Origin: Octopus vulgaris
Lineage: Eukaryota
Length of the DNA stretch: 64,000 bases
NCBI GenBank assembly: GCA_951406725.2
Contig: OX597818.1
Coordinates: forward strand, 143,964,001 to 144,028,000
Direction of reading: 5' to 3'
Shown: one piece after another, positions 1 to 13,383 of the stretch
Position numbering within the stretch: the stretch's first letter is position 1
Layout of the letters: each line of letters opens with the position of its first letter
Notes under the pieces: model-generated
What the model was told of the DNA's origin: nothing
What the model saw: only the letters and a program-made list of their open reading frames with translations
Databases searched by the model: none
Made by a program: the position numbers and the translations under genes

Positions 1-69
1 ATACATACATACACATATACATACATGCATACATGCATACATACATGCATAGATACATACATACCTACA

Positions 70-1735
70 TAAGGGAGTCTGAATGATATCTCACTGGTTC
101 ACAAGGAAACAGAAATACCAAAATCACACACTGTTTCTTTGTGGATGACTTAAAACTTTTTGCAAAGAATATGCCCGAGATGAGAAAGACCCTTGACCTA
201 GTTACAACATTCTCAAAGGATGTAGAGTTGGAGTTTGGTCAGGATAAATGTTGTTATATGGGTGTAGAAAGGGGGAAAACTGTAAACAAGACTAGTAACA
301 TCTCCCTCAATGATTTGACTGTTTCCTCTTTATCTGACGAGGAATGTTACTGATATTTAGGGGTGGATGAAAATATATCTTACAATGGCACCTGTAACAA
401 AACACGTGTCACTAAAGAATATTACGGCCGAATAAAGAAAATTTACACTTCAGAACTCTCTACATTCAATAAAACAGTGGCCCACAATGTGTTTTCAGTG
501 TCAGTACTCATACCAACATTTGGCCTGCTTGATTGAACGCTTGATGAGATCCGTGCCACTGATGTGGAGACCCGAAAAATACTAACAAGCACGCATGATT
601 TCCACATAAACAGTGAAATAGACCGCCTCTACCTAAAACGAAAACATCTAAAACGGTAACATCTTTTAACCACCAGGTGTTGAAGTGTATCCCTTGACCG
701 AGTTTGCATACATGAAACTGATAACGTCATAAGACTTGGAAGGCAGCTCCTTGAGCAGCACTCTTTGTTTGATAACCTAGAACACATACCCAAAATAATC
801 ACACGACTCTACTACAACGTTTCATCAGATGAAAGGATGAGCCTATATGAGCAGAAGGCTATGCATGGATATGTCAGTAGAAAGCTCTGTGATGATAGTA
901 ACATCGATAATTAAAGCAGTTTATCATGGACCAATAGCCGGATTACTACCTCCTACTTTGAAGGGTATGCGTATGCAACCCAGGAACAGGAAATATCCAC
1001 CAAGTACCTGATACACAAAAGAGACAGAGATGCAGGAAAATCCGTAAAATGTGACTACCGATACAGACTTTGTGGAGTTCCACACTAAAGATATCACCCA
1101 CATCATAAGCAGTTGTCTGAAAATGTCATCACGGTATTATCTACCGATGAGACATGACGTTGTAGCTAGGACACCCTATAATGAAATCCGTCGGAAAGAT
1201 AACCCCGAGGACAAAGAAATAAGAACTCACAATATGGTAGAAGCCATAGCCATTCATAATAAAAAGGAATACTGGTATGTATGTATGTATGTATTGAGGA
1301 CCTCAATAAAATGTAAGCACAACAGACCTGATATAATGATTTGGGATAGAGAAGAGAAACTGTGCAGAGTTGTGGAAATTAGCTGCCCAGAGGATGTTAA
1401 CATAAAGCTGAAGATCAGTGAAAAAGAGAACACATATACTGAACTATTGAGCAATCTACAGTTACTCTATCCAGATTACAAGTTCAGGTTTATGCCTGTA
1501 ATTATTGGGGCCCTGGGATATGTAACACACTACCTAAATAGCAATCTTGAGAAATTAGGCTTCTCAAAACCAGAACAAAGAAACTTAATTTGAAGACTAC
1601 AGATTCAATCCATCACTGGAACTGTAAAAATTTGTAAAACTTTCCAGAAGTTTATCATTTGAATATATATGAGCCTGTCTAGATATGCAACTGTATGCAT
1701 GAGAATACCTACTTAAAACATACAAATCTGCACAT
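70..1735 (+). mobile_element. Degenerate 3' part of an RLE-type non-LTR retrotransposon (R4/Dong-like): RT end, Zn finger and PD-(D/E)xK endonuclease
   Basis: ORF fragments give FVDDLKLFA (RT), Y.YLG, YATQEQEI, HIISSC..RHD.VA, HNRPDIMIWD..VVEISCP and PVIIGALG. Contains stops and frameshifts. (ATAC)n lies on both sides. Confidence 0.85.
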
Positions 1736-1736
1736 G

Positions 1737-1925
1737 CATACATACATACATACATACATACATACATACATACATACATACATACATACATACATACATA
1801 CATACATTCATACATACATACATACATACATACATACATACATGCATGCATGCATACATACATATACATACATACATACATACATACATACATACATACA
1901 TACATACATACATACATTCATTCAT
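1737..1925. repeat. (ATAC)n microsatellite
   Basis: Directly visible tetranucleotide run. Confidence 0.97.
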
Positions 1926-1929
1926 TATT

Positions 1930-3621
1930 TTTGGCACTGATACCATTATCGTTCCTACTGCAGAAAACATATGGTTACATGCTGGGGTCTTCAACTGCCA
2001 AGAATATCAATGTAACTCGTAATTTTTTTGTAGACAACCTGAAGATTTATGCTAAGTGTTTACAATGCCAAAAAACAACTGGAATTGATAACAACATTTA
2101 CAGCTGATATAGGCATGGAATTTGGCCAAAAGTCAGTCCCCCAGACCCAAAACCTCTGCATCAACGGTCTCCCTATCTCTTCCATTCCGTACAAAAAATG
2201 TTACAAGTACCTAGGTGGAGACGAAAATGTATCATATGAAGGCACTGTGAATAAAGATAGAGCGACCCGAGAATATTACACCAGACTTAGGAAACTATGG
2301 TAGTTGGAACTCTCCTCTTACAACAAAACAATATCCCACGATGCATTTGCAGTACCAGTGCTGATCCCAACATTTGAGATACTTGATTGGTCTGAAGAGG
2401 AAATCTACTCCAAAGATATCAAAACCCGAAAAATCCTGACAACAACTGGGAACTTCCACAGAAACAGTTTATGTTGACAGGCTCTACCTAAAAAGGAATG
2501 AAAGTGGTAGAGACCTGAGATCAGTGCAGTCGGCCTTCGAATGCCGTATGGTTTCACTCAGGCAGCACCTGATAAACAAAAGCAGCAAAAATAGATATAT
2601 TAATGCAGTCCTGAAAAGTGAAGTGAGCAACATTGTACGAGTTAACAGTGAACTCCTCAAGAAACAATCTCTTCCTGATGATCTCCTATACAGCCTAAAA
2701 CAGCTGGTCTCTCTTACCTCAGAGAAGACCGGGATGGGAAGCACTCAGCATACAAAAAAAAAAATCATGCATGTTGCCCAGAATCTTGAAGAACACAGTA
2801 GAACTGACACGAAGCGCAGCCGCTCTTGGACACAAGGCCCCTACATCATATCATACGTTGAAGATTATGCGTTTGCAATCCAGGAACAGGAGATTGCCAC
2901 AAAGTACCTGGTGAACAAGAGAGACAGTGACGCTCATGCAATCCCAAGGTGCAATCGCATGTCATGTTTCTGTGGAAGACATTACGCATGTGATTAGCAG
3001 CTGTCCTAAAATGTCGTCTCGGTCGATGTTGTTGCTAAAACAATTTACAATGCCATCCGCAAAAATGTCTATCCTGAAATAAACTTAGAAAATCACTCTG
3101 TTATGGAATGCATTCATAAACACAAACTCAAGGAATGCTGGTGGAATATTCCCTCTAAAACTTCTGTCAAATGTAAGCATAACAGGCCGGATATTGTTGT
3201 TCAGGACAGAGGAGTAAAGATATGTACCATCATAGAGGTTAGCTGCCATGCAGACCAAAATATTTCTTTGAAAATCAAATTAAAAAGAACACATCTACGG
3301 ACAACTGCTTCGAAACCTCCAGCTTCTATATCCAGACTAGGAATTCATATTCATACCAATAATAATAGGAGCACTAGGTTTTGTCAGTAAATGCTTAAAG
3401 GAGAATCTGGATAAACTAGGTTTTCAGAGAGAGAAATTGACCGGCTGATTCATACATTACAAGTGCAATCTGTGAGTGGAACAGTGAAAATATGCAAGAC
3501 TTTTCTCAAGTTCCAAATGTGAATATGTCTGTGTTAACTACGTCCCAAAGATGGCACCGTGTATCCTGGTTAGAAACCGGCTCCCTCCTCAGTGGAAGAT
3601 TTATAATAATTAAAAAGTAGA
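1930..3621 (+). mobile_element. Second, diverged RLE-type (R4/Dong-like) LINE remnant with 3' UTR
   Basis: FFVDNLKIYA, YKYLG, FAIQEQEIATK, HNRPDIVV..IIEVSC and C-terminal SGTVKICKTF. The 3' tail (TTAGAAACCGGCTCC) runs into (CATA)n. Confidence 0.85.
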
Positions 3622-3750
3622 ACATACATACATACATACATACATACATACATACATACATACATACATACATACATACATACATACATACATACATACA
3701 TACATACATACATACATACATACATACATAATTACATACATACATATTCA
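3622..3750. repeat. (ATAC)n microsatellite
   Basis: Directly visible. Confidence 0.97.
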
Positions 3751-4065
3751 CATCACGACATCAGGAACTATAAAAATCTACAAAACCTTCTTAAGATTTA
3801 AAGGATGATGCTTTTCTTCACAACCTTGCTACCAAGTAGCAAAATTTACTCCGAATTAAAAAGAGAAAGGGAAGAACAGGTATGCAAAACTTCAGATTTT
3901 ATTGGAGCACCTGGCTAAGTAACGAATTCAGAACTCGAGAAATCAAACTTCAATTAGTTAGATGTCAGTAATGGAATTGTGAATGCATGTAATACATTCT
4001 AGAAGTTTTAGCTTGTTCTATGTACATATATCGACGCATAAACATAAAAACACACACTCACACAC

Positions 4066-4122
<57 letters not shown>

Positions 4123-4166
4123 TGTGTGTATGCAAATGTAATATGTGACAATTATTCAGTAGCCAT

Positions 4167-4227
4167 GATATAACTCCGAGTTTCGGATGCCGAGGTGGAA
4201 ATCCACCCCGCCATCTCTTCAGTTATC
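4167..4227 (-). ncRNA. Degenerate type I hammerhead ribozyme-like motif inside a 29-bp inverted repeat
   Basis: Minus strand reads CTGAAGA, long stem GATGGCGGGGTGGA/TCCACCTCGGCATC, CGAAAC, TCGGAGTTA. Flanking arms 4141-4169 and 4233-4261 are complementary. There is one extra nucleotide before GAAA and stem I is imperfect. Confidence 0.45.
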
Positions 4228-4869
4228 CGGTCATCATGGCTACCGAATAATTTTCACATATTACATTTACAGATGAATTCCTCCATTTACATAATATCGA
4301 GGTCTCTTTCCTTCTTTTGCTGTCTTACCATTTTTATCAATAATGTATATATATATATATACACGTAGATAGATAAACATTTGAAACTCACACGTACTAT
4401 GTATGCGCACAAACATTTATGCAAATACTTGTGTAGATGTCACATACAAACGTACACACAAACATACGTGTGTGTGTGTGTGTGTGTGTGTGTGTAAGTA
4501 TATATACATATACATATCTTGTCAACACAAACCACCAGTCTCTGATACATACATAGTATATCACTTTTATACACACGAACATCCAATCACATGTCGTAAT
4601 ACTAAATGTTTTCGTTAAATATGACAATAAACAGAATGAAAATAAAAGGTGTGACTGTAAGCGATGTTGAAATACAATAAGAGATAGTGTTTATACATGC
4701 ATGAGTGCATTGTCAAGCACACATATATATAAGAAGGCGTGTGAATATATTTCTGTGGAGATATGTAAGTAGTTGGCTGGCTTTTCAGGTAAATAAAAAT
4801 AAATGTAATTTATAGGTGAACGTGAATTATATGTAATATGTGAATATATAATGTTATATATTACACACA

Positions 4870-5660
<791 letters not shown>

Positions 5661-5802
5661 TACAAGATTAATCAGCCGAAATTACTACGATGATCCGGTT
5701 CTTGACTGAAGACTGAGGGTTTCGAATGTCCTGTCCGTGTTTATTGTATCGTCTTATTGAGTTATACGTTCTTGTCCATGTTGTATTTTTCTACATACCT
5801 TA

Positions 5803-5853
<51 letters not shown>

Positions 5854-5869
5854 GTATGTATCTATGTGT

Positions 5870-6082
5870 GTGTATGCCCGTATGTGTGTGTGTGTTTGTT
5901 CCCTACCGCCACTTGTCAGTCGTTGTTGGTTTGTTTACGTCCCCTGTAAGTTTACGGTTCAGCAAAATAGACCAACAGAAAAGATATCAGGCCTTTAAAA
6001 AAAGTAAGTACTGGTATCGACTGAAACCTTTTTTTTTTTTCAAGGCGGTGCTGCAACATGGCCACAGCCCAGTAACTGAAAC
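5870..6082 (+). mobile_element. 3' part of a tRNA/CORE-type SINE (same family as 55081-55497)
   Basis: Shares TTTACGTCCC..TAA and the AAGGCGGTGCT.CA.CATGGCC.CAG..ACTGAAAC tail with the full copies. Confidence 0.75.
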
Positions 6083-6431
6083 ACGTACACATTTGTTTGA
6101 ATGCAGCAGATGCTTGTTTGCATTTGAAATTAATTTCACTTAATCACGCTGTCTTTCATCCATTCGCTCTTCCTTTTCCCTATTCTATCGGCAACTTACT
6201 GCTTTCTTTTCGTGCTCGTCTCTCATCTTATTCAAGCTCTCACCCTCGTAAGTGTTTTTTTCCTCCATATCGCTTCGCACGCGCAGTCATATGCCCATAC
6301 ACGTGACACACGCAAACCCGAAATAACAATAACGAACTTTTTATTCTCTTAAAAAAAAGCTCGAAAAAGTTTTTTCCTTACATAATCATACATTATACGT
6401 GTACGTGTGTATGCGTGTGTATGCGTGTGTA

Positions 6432-6467
<36 letters not shown>

Positions 6468-6817
6468 TCTGTGTTTGCGTGTAGGCATATATATATACAT
6501 GTGTGTCTGTATTTATGCTGACATCAGGGTAACAACCACTGTCGTTTCTCCCCCCCCCCCACCCGTCCCCACCCGTTATGTCTCGTTAGCGAGTTCGACA
6601 AATAGAAAACGGTAAACCAGAGTACTGAGGTCGAGATGACCGACGGAACCCGTGGAAGGGATGCGATGCACCAGCATGGCCGCAGTCTATAAACCCAGCT
6701 GAAGAATAAAAGATTACAAGCGTAAGTAAACAATATACTTTCTTTTCCTTATTACTTCATCCATTACAGTATTAGGCACAGACGGAGAAACACGCACTTG
6801 CACGCATACAGACGTTT

Positions 6818-6925
6818 ACACACGCACACACACGCACACACACACGCACACACACACGCACAAGCACACACACAAGCACACACACGCACACACACACGCA
6901 CAAGCACACACACAGCACACACACA

Positions 6926-7018
<93 letters not shown>

Positions 7019-7090
7019 GCACACACACACACACAAGCACACACACAAACACACACACACAAACACACACACACACGCACGCACACACAA

Positions 7091-7126
<36 letters not shown>

Positions 7127-7960
7127 CATACTCTTTGGCCCTTTTTTCCATCTGTGTTCCAAACGGTCAGTAGAAGGCAACCTGATGTCTTTCCGAATAT
7201 ACTGTGAAGGAAGCCGGAACTCCGTACAATGTTTCGTTACCTAAACGTCGTGTTCGCTGCCAACATCCGCCTCCGTGATAGGCAGACACGCTCTGACGTC
7301 ACACTCATCTCACACTCATCTCATAGTGTCGCACTTAAATTTCATTGCGAGGTCTTTCCTCATAGCAAAGTCGCCGAATCAATAAATCATATGAGCGCAA
7401 GACTATGTGTGTCTGTGTGCACGTGCGTGTGTCTGTGTGTGTGTGTGCAGTGACTCCAAACCTATTAAACTGAAGATACAAAGGAACCACTTTTTAACAG
7501 TTTTTAATGTATGAAAATCCATAACACAATACATACAAGACTCTAATATGAATTCTAGCAAAGAAAACTTTTATTTCCTTTTTGCTTGACAGTAAAGTGG
7601 AAATGTATTTTGTCCTAAGCACAGTAGTAGTGCATGGTGTATTGTTCGATCCGTTAAATAGCAGCCGGTTGTATTGGGGTCGTTAAACGGAAAGTTTAAT
7701 ACACGCACACACACACACACACGTGTGTGTGTATGTATATGCCTATAAGGTGTGCGTGTGTGCCCGTGTGCTGTAGGTATGTATATTTGTAACTACGTAT
7801 GTATATGCAGAATACATAGATGCATGTATGCATTATTAGTATGTGTGCCTTTAAGTGAATAAAAACGACAAACATTAACTGGACATGTGTGGAGTATCAA
7901 GTTTTCGGAATAAAGTATTGATAGTAGCTTCGATGTTTCGCTACATATGGCTCCCCCCAA

Positions 7961-8026
<66 letters not shown>

Positions 8027-8139
8027 CTTTGTGTCTGTCTGTCTGTCTGTGCGTGTGTGTGTGTGTTTGCGTGTGTGTGTGTGTGTGTGTGTGCGTGTCT
8101 TTGTGTCTGTCTGTCTGTCTGTGCGTGTGTGTGTGTGTT

Positions 8140-8173
<34 letters not shown>

Positions 8174-8268
8174 TTTGTGTCTGTCTGTCTGTCTGTGCGT
8201 GTGTGTGTGTGTTTGCGTGTGTGTGTGTGTGTGTGTGTCTGTGCGTGTGTGTGTGTTTGCGTGTGTGT
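6818..8268. repeat. (CA)n block 6818-7123 and compound (GT)n/(GTCT)n block 7961-8268
   Basis: Directly visible; the second block has a ~70-bp higher-order unit repeated about 3-4 times. Confidence 0.95.
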
Positions 8269-9232
8269 AAACATTTGTAAATAAACGAAACTGAGCTAAG
8301 AGAGAGGCCAATCGCTTGTATTTGAGTAGCAAAAACGAATAAGTGTATATCGAAAGTCATAATGTAAATTCTTGGTTTATTGAACTTAGCTTCGCCTTGA
8401 GAGAGAGTAGAACACTCGCTTGGTGCCAGTTGGTACCAACTTCAAATGAGAAGGAAAGGTAATCTTACGAACCGAACTGAAGTGAACTCACTTCGATCGC
8501 GGTGCATCGGCAATCCCGCGCCGTTATTTTATTTTATTTTATTTTTTGTCACTTTCTCCCCCCCCCCCCGCATTGAGTTTAGGTAATTTGTGCGCTTGCT
8601 GTCTTCTTTTCCGGAATCGAACGTTGATTCCTCATTACCCGTTGGCCCTGCAGTTGGTACTTACCGGGCCGCCGATAGTTGATAGAGCGGTCTTGCAGGG
8701 GACGTGTCATGTAAAGGCCAGTCGTTCCTAGCCCGTCTCATCGAACTGAGAGATATCCAAACTCGAAGGGCATAACGCTCTATGCTTCAGTTTACAAATG
8801 CGTTGGCTTCTGTGGCGGCTTGAACACGTCGGTGTGTCAGTTTCTACCTAATATTTGTGCGGTGACCAATGCAAAGTGCAATACTATCGTGGCGGCAGAA
8901 GAGCAATTAAATCTATCCCCTCTGGAAGTAGAGATAATTTCACTAACTCGAATGTAAATACACAAAGTGGCAGTTTACTTTTGTTAATAACTCTATAACA
9001 CCAGATAAGCTGACGTCAGCAGAACTGGCCTACGTCATCAACATCCGAGCTAACTGATGCAATAATCTGTTCAATCACTTAGATGTATTGGCATCAACAG
9101 ACCTACCCATGTGGAACCAATCAACGAGTGCGTCTACTTTGTAAACAGACCTCTGTCATCACTTTATGCACCAGTATATATACGCTATTGGCCATACAGT
9201 AAGAGAAATATGGAAATTTCATCATAATACTA

Positions 9233-9798
9233 TTGGGTTGTCCGGAAAGTTCATGCCGATTTGTAAAGGAAAGAAAAAGGTCAATAAATACTTGCCATTA
9301 CATTTTGAATCAACCAAATATGAACCGTTTTGTTGCATAATGCGTCTCCATCTTTCCTTTGACTTGAAAATAACCTCTTCCCAGATTTGAGGTGGTTTCA
9401 TGGCAAAGAATTCATCAAGGTATCTTTTTACGTCATCCAAGGAATTGAAATTTTTACCATTAAGACTATTCTGCAGAGGCCTGAATAAGTGGAAATCCGA
9501 AGGAGCAATATGTGGTGAATATGGAGGGTGGGGTAACACATCTCAGCCGAGCTGCAGCAATTTTTGTCTGGTTCCCAAAGCATTAAGTGCCGAAAATGAA
9601 CTTTCTTATCTTCCATTTTAAAGGGTAACAGAATTAACACAGGTTATATGGACATAAATCTTCTTCCACGAAAAGATAGCTTAAACTGTGCTCTAAATGG
9701 AGGGGTAGTCAAATCCTATTTTATGGACTCAATCATGTTCTAAAATAAGTCGAAAGGTAAGATACTATAAATCGGCACGAACTTTCCGGACAACCCAA
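9233..9798 (-). mobile_element. Internally deleted mariner element with both TIRs and TA duplication
   Basis: TA-TTGGGTTGTCCGGAAAGTTC...GAACTTTCCGGACAACCCAA-TA. The minus strand encodes the transposase N-terminus MEDKKVHFRHLM fused to C-terminal HPPYSPHIAPSDFHLF. Confidence 0.92.
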
Positions 9799-10199
9799 TA
9801 TTTATCTAACAAAACAGTGAGGAACAATTACACGTAAAAGATTTCATTATTTCTTAATATTTCGTTTATTTTCACCTTGCCCGCAAAACAACAGCTATCT
9901 AAACGATACACGCTAAACTTCTAATAAACGATATAACATTAAAATAATTGTTTGAAATGTCCCCGGTGCATAAATACAGTAATGAAGATAACGGCTTCCG
10001 AACAATAGAAAGTTAACCAGTGAACCACCTGACTAATAACAGAGCGTATACAGTAATTACTCTTAGTGCCTTCGTGCAATTAACCTCAAAACAACAGAAT
10101 AACGGAACTTCAGTTCCACTATGAATTTCGGAAAATATTGCCTCTCACAGTATAGAAACATTTCTCATGACCCCAGCAGACAAAATGGAAAAGACGTTG

Positions 10200-10690
10200 C
10201 CCCGGATGATAGTGAGAGAGTTGCGCTGGAACAGCCTCTGTGAGGAACTGCAATAGTAAAGATAAGATTTACTGTCCGTTGGAAGGTAAATGTCTTGAAA
10301 AAGGAATTGTTTATAGAGTTAAAGTGCAAGCAGATGGCTCGCGTGAATATAGAACTTACACAGGGGCTTCGGAAAATTCATTCAAGACTCGATTCTATTC
10401 CCACCGAAATTCTTTCCGATACCCCGAGAATAGGACAGCAACTAGTCTTGCAAAACATGTCTGGGAGTTGAAAGAGCTGACACCCGTCCTTTCAATGTAA
10501 CTTGGGAAATTCTAGAAAAAGCATCATCATACAGACATGGAGCTTATAAAAGACCTATGAGATGTAATCTTTGCCTCTCAGAAAAGTTCTTCATCATGTT
10601 CCAGGATAAATATGAACCAGAGATGCGAGCTCTTAAATTCCTGCAGGCATGCCACGAGGTTTACAATATCAACCGATAAAATACCGTATG
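10200..10690 (+). mobile_element. Penelope-like element remnant (GIY-YIG endonuclease C-terminal region)
   Basis: CPLEGKCL..GIVY..YTGASENSFKTRFYSHRNSF..TSLAKHVWELK, then WEILEKA and CNLCLSEK in a shifted frame. Confidence 0.85.
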
Positions 10691-10699
10691 GGTAAAATG

Positions 10700-11945
10700 T
10701 TTTGACTTCTGGAAAGTTTTGACTGCTGCCCTCGTCTGCACCTCCTGTCGGGCTGTTAATTCATCCGGTATTGTGGAGAGGAGAATGTCTAGTTCCTTTT
10801 TGAAGACATCTACTTTCACTTTATGCAGATTTCTTAATTGTTGTGGCAGGGCATTGGAGAGCTGTGGACCTTTGAACCCTAGACTATTGCAGTACCTGGT
10901 TCTGAATTTAGATGAAGTGGATGGTACCTTTGGTACAATACAATGGCATCCAATTCCTGCACTTGTATAACACTCAATGCTGAAGTTAGGTACTATCCCT
11001 TCGAGGATTTTCCATATGTATATTACTGTATGTCACTCACGCCTTCGCTCCAGTTGCAGTTTTCTCAGCCTATCCCTGTAGCTCATCCGCTGCACCGTTT
11101 CAATCTTTTTATTGTGGCGTCGTTGAACCGCATCAAACTCCGCTGTTTGGCACTATGTGGTGACCATAACCGGGAACATTAGTCCAGGCGGCTGAGAACA
11201 AAGATTCTCCACAGGGTCAACATAGTTTCTTGGTCTCTTGTCTTGAAGGACCTCAGTATCCATCCTGCCAGTTGTCTGCACTTTGCTGCCACCTTGCTAA
11301 AGTGCATATGAAATAATGCGTCATTGCACATCCTGATCCCCAAGTCTTTCACTGCACGTGGCTTTGGGACTGTAGTGTCTTTAGGTCTTGTATATATAGA
11401 TTGTACTATATTCATGAGTTGATAGTGCACTGCTTGAAATTTTCCAGCATTAAACTGCATGTTGTTTATTTCAGCCCATTTGTATATTGAATGTAAGTTT
11501 CGTTGTAAGCTTGAGACGTCATCTTGGTTTTTTATTGCCTGTGATAATTCCGTACCATCGGCATAGCTAGTGATAGTGGCTGTCCGAGTGACCGTGGGCA
11601 TGTCTAAGAGGGATATTATGAACAGTAATGGTTCCAGAACAGTTCCCTGGGGGACACCACTTAGGATTTGAGTTTACTCAGAAAGGGTACCATCGGCTGC
11701 AACTACCTGACTTCTGTCTTTAAGGAAGTCATGCAACCACTCTCACAATTTACAAGCAATGCCAAGGCCTCGAAGCTTATGACTTTTCATACCATGATTT
11801 GACTTATAAAGTATGTCACACTGATATCTGAATGGTTAAGCAGCTGTTTCAAAATCCAGTCATACTGTGGTAGGAGCTGTGTGAGGCAGCTTCTTCCTGG
11901 ATGGAAACCATGGTGTGTGTTATTTCGTAAGTCGTTTTCTTCTAG
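10700..11945 (-). mobile_element. CR1/L2-like LINE reverse transcriptase remnant
   Basis: HGFHPGRSCLTQLL, SGVPQGTVL, YADGT, WAEINNMQFNAGKF and KDLG motifs, with frameshifts. Confidence 0.85.
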
Positions 11946-11953
11946 GTCGTATA

Positions 11954-12011
<58 letters not shown>

Positions 12012-12078
12012 CGTGCGTGTGTGTGCGTTGGAAAGGTTCCTAAACTTGGAAAATGGATGCCTCATGAATTGTCGGAAA

Positions 12079-12128
<50 letters not shown>

Positions 12129-12624
12129 GTTTATGTCAGCAGTGCAAGCTATATGCATTAAATATATCCCAGAAAGGAAGGACACACACTGACAAACAAG
12201 ATTCTCAGTGACAGAAGAATCCTGATGAGACGCAAGTTAAATATATATAAAAAAAAACGAAATGGCGCCGTGTTGGTAAGACGTGAAACTCTTAACTCCA
12301 GAAAAGTATAGCAGAACCTCAAAAGATTGATGTGATTAGAAATAGAGTGGTCTATAGCCGAAATATAGCTTAAAAGTACAATCCGTACGCTATATTTTAA
12401 AAGAATATTTTCTTTTCAATAACAGTATATACAATTACTAGGAAAACCTGTTCGCCGCCAAGACACATGGTTGCCGAAACCACGTGTTGTACTGGGATAT
12501 AAATATATAGATACAAAGGAAAAAGCCAAACACGGTAGCTACACTGGTCACACTTGCTATTCCTCATATTTTCGTGTCTTTGAGGAGGCTCTCAATAATA
12601 ACAGTGTAGCAAAACGGCGGTGCC

Positions 12625-12672
<48 letters not shown>

Positions 12673-12913
12673 CATATATAAATAAACGTGTGTATTTTTC
12701 CCTTGTTAACAATTAACACGGAAAAAAATAGATAAATAGTTACTAGGGTAGCAAAAAAATCACACAAGTAACAGAAGATTACATTGTTTTACACCATTTT
12801 ATTCCTTTGGAAAAATTCCAGTGATATCTTCGAAACATATGTCAGAAGTAAAAGAATTTGAATAGCACCTGCGTTTAACTTTATTTATTTATATATAATT
12901 ATATATAATATAC

Positions 12914-12961
<48 letters not shown>

Positions 12962-13001
12962 ATATAATATAATATAATATAATATAATATAATATTTTGA
13001 A

Positions 13002-13047
<46 letters not shown>

Positions 13048-13112
13048 CATATATAATATATACATATATATAATATATAAAAATATATATATATTATATA
13101 TTATTTATATGT

Positions 13113-13350
13113 GAAAGCACGTGGCTTAGTGGTTAGGGCATTCAGCTCACGATCGCATGGTACTGAGTTCAATTCCCGGCAATGCGTTGTGTCCTTGAGC
13201 AAGACACTTTATTTCACGTTGCTCCTGCCCACTCAGCTGGCAAAAATTAGTAGTACCTGTATTTCAAAGGGCCAGCCCCGTCACACTCTGTGTCACGTCG
13301 AATCCCCCTGAGAATTACGTTAAGAGTACACGTAATCGACGGAGTGCTCC
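13113..13350 (+). mobile_element. tRNA-derived SINE (A/B boxes, CORE-like centre)
   Basis: A box GTGGCTTAGTGGTTAG, B box GAGTTCAATTCC, then GTCCTTGAGCAAGACACTT. Confidence 0.75.
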
Positions 13351-13383
13351 TTATTATATATATCTAGATAGATATGTGTATTG

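Noticed and set aside
12210-12850. Partial hammerhead-like strings (CTGATGAG..CGAAATGG at 12222; CGAAACATATGTC at 12831)
   Set aside because: Stems or one half of the catalytic core are missing; at most decayed relics
13113-13185. tRNA-like heads here and at 42032 and 55081
   Set aside because: They continue into SINE bodies and lack a complete cloverleaf, so they are not tRNA genes
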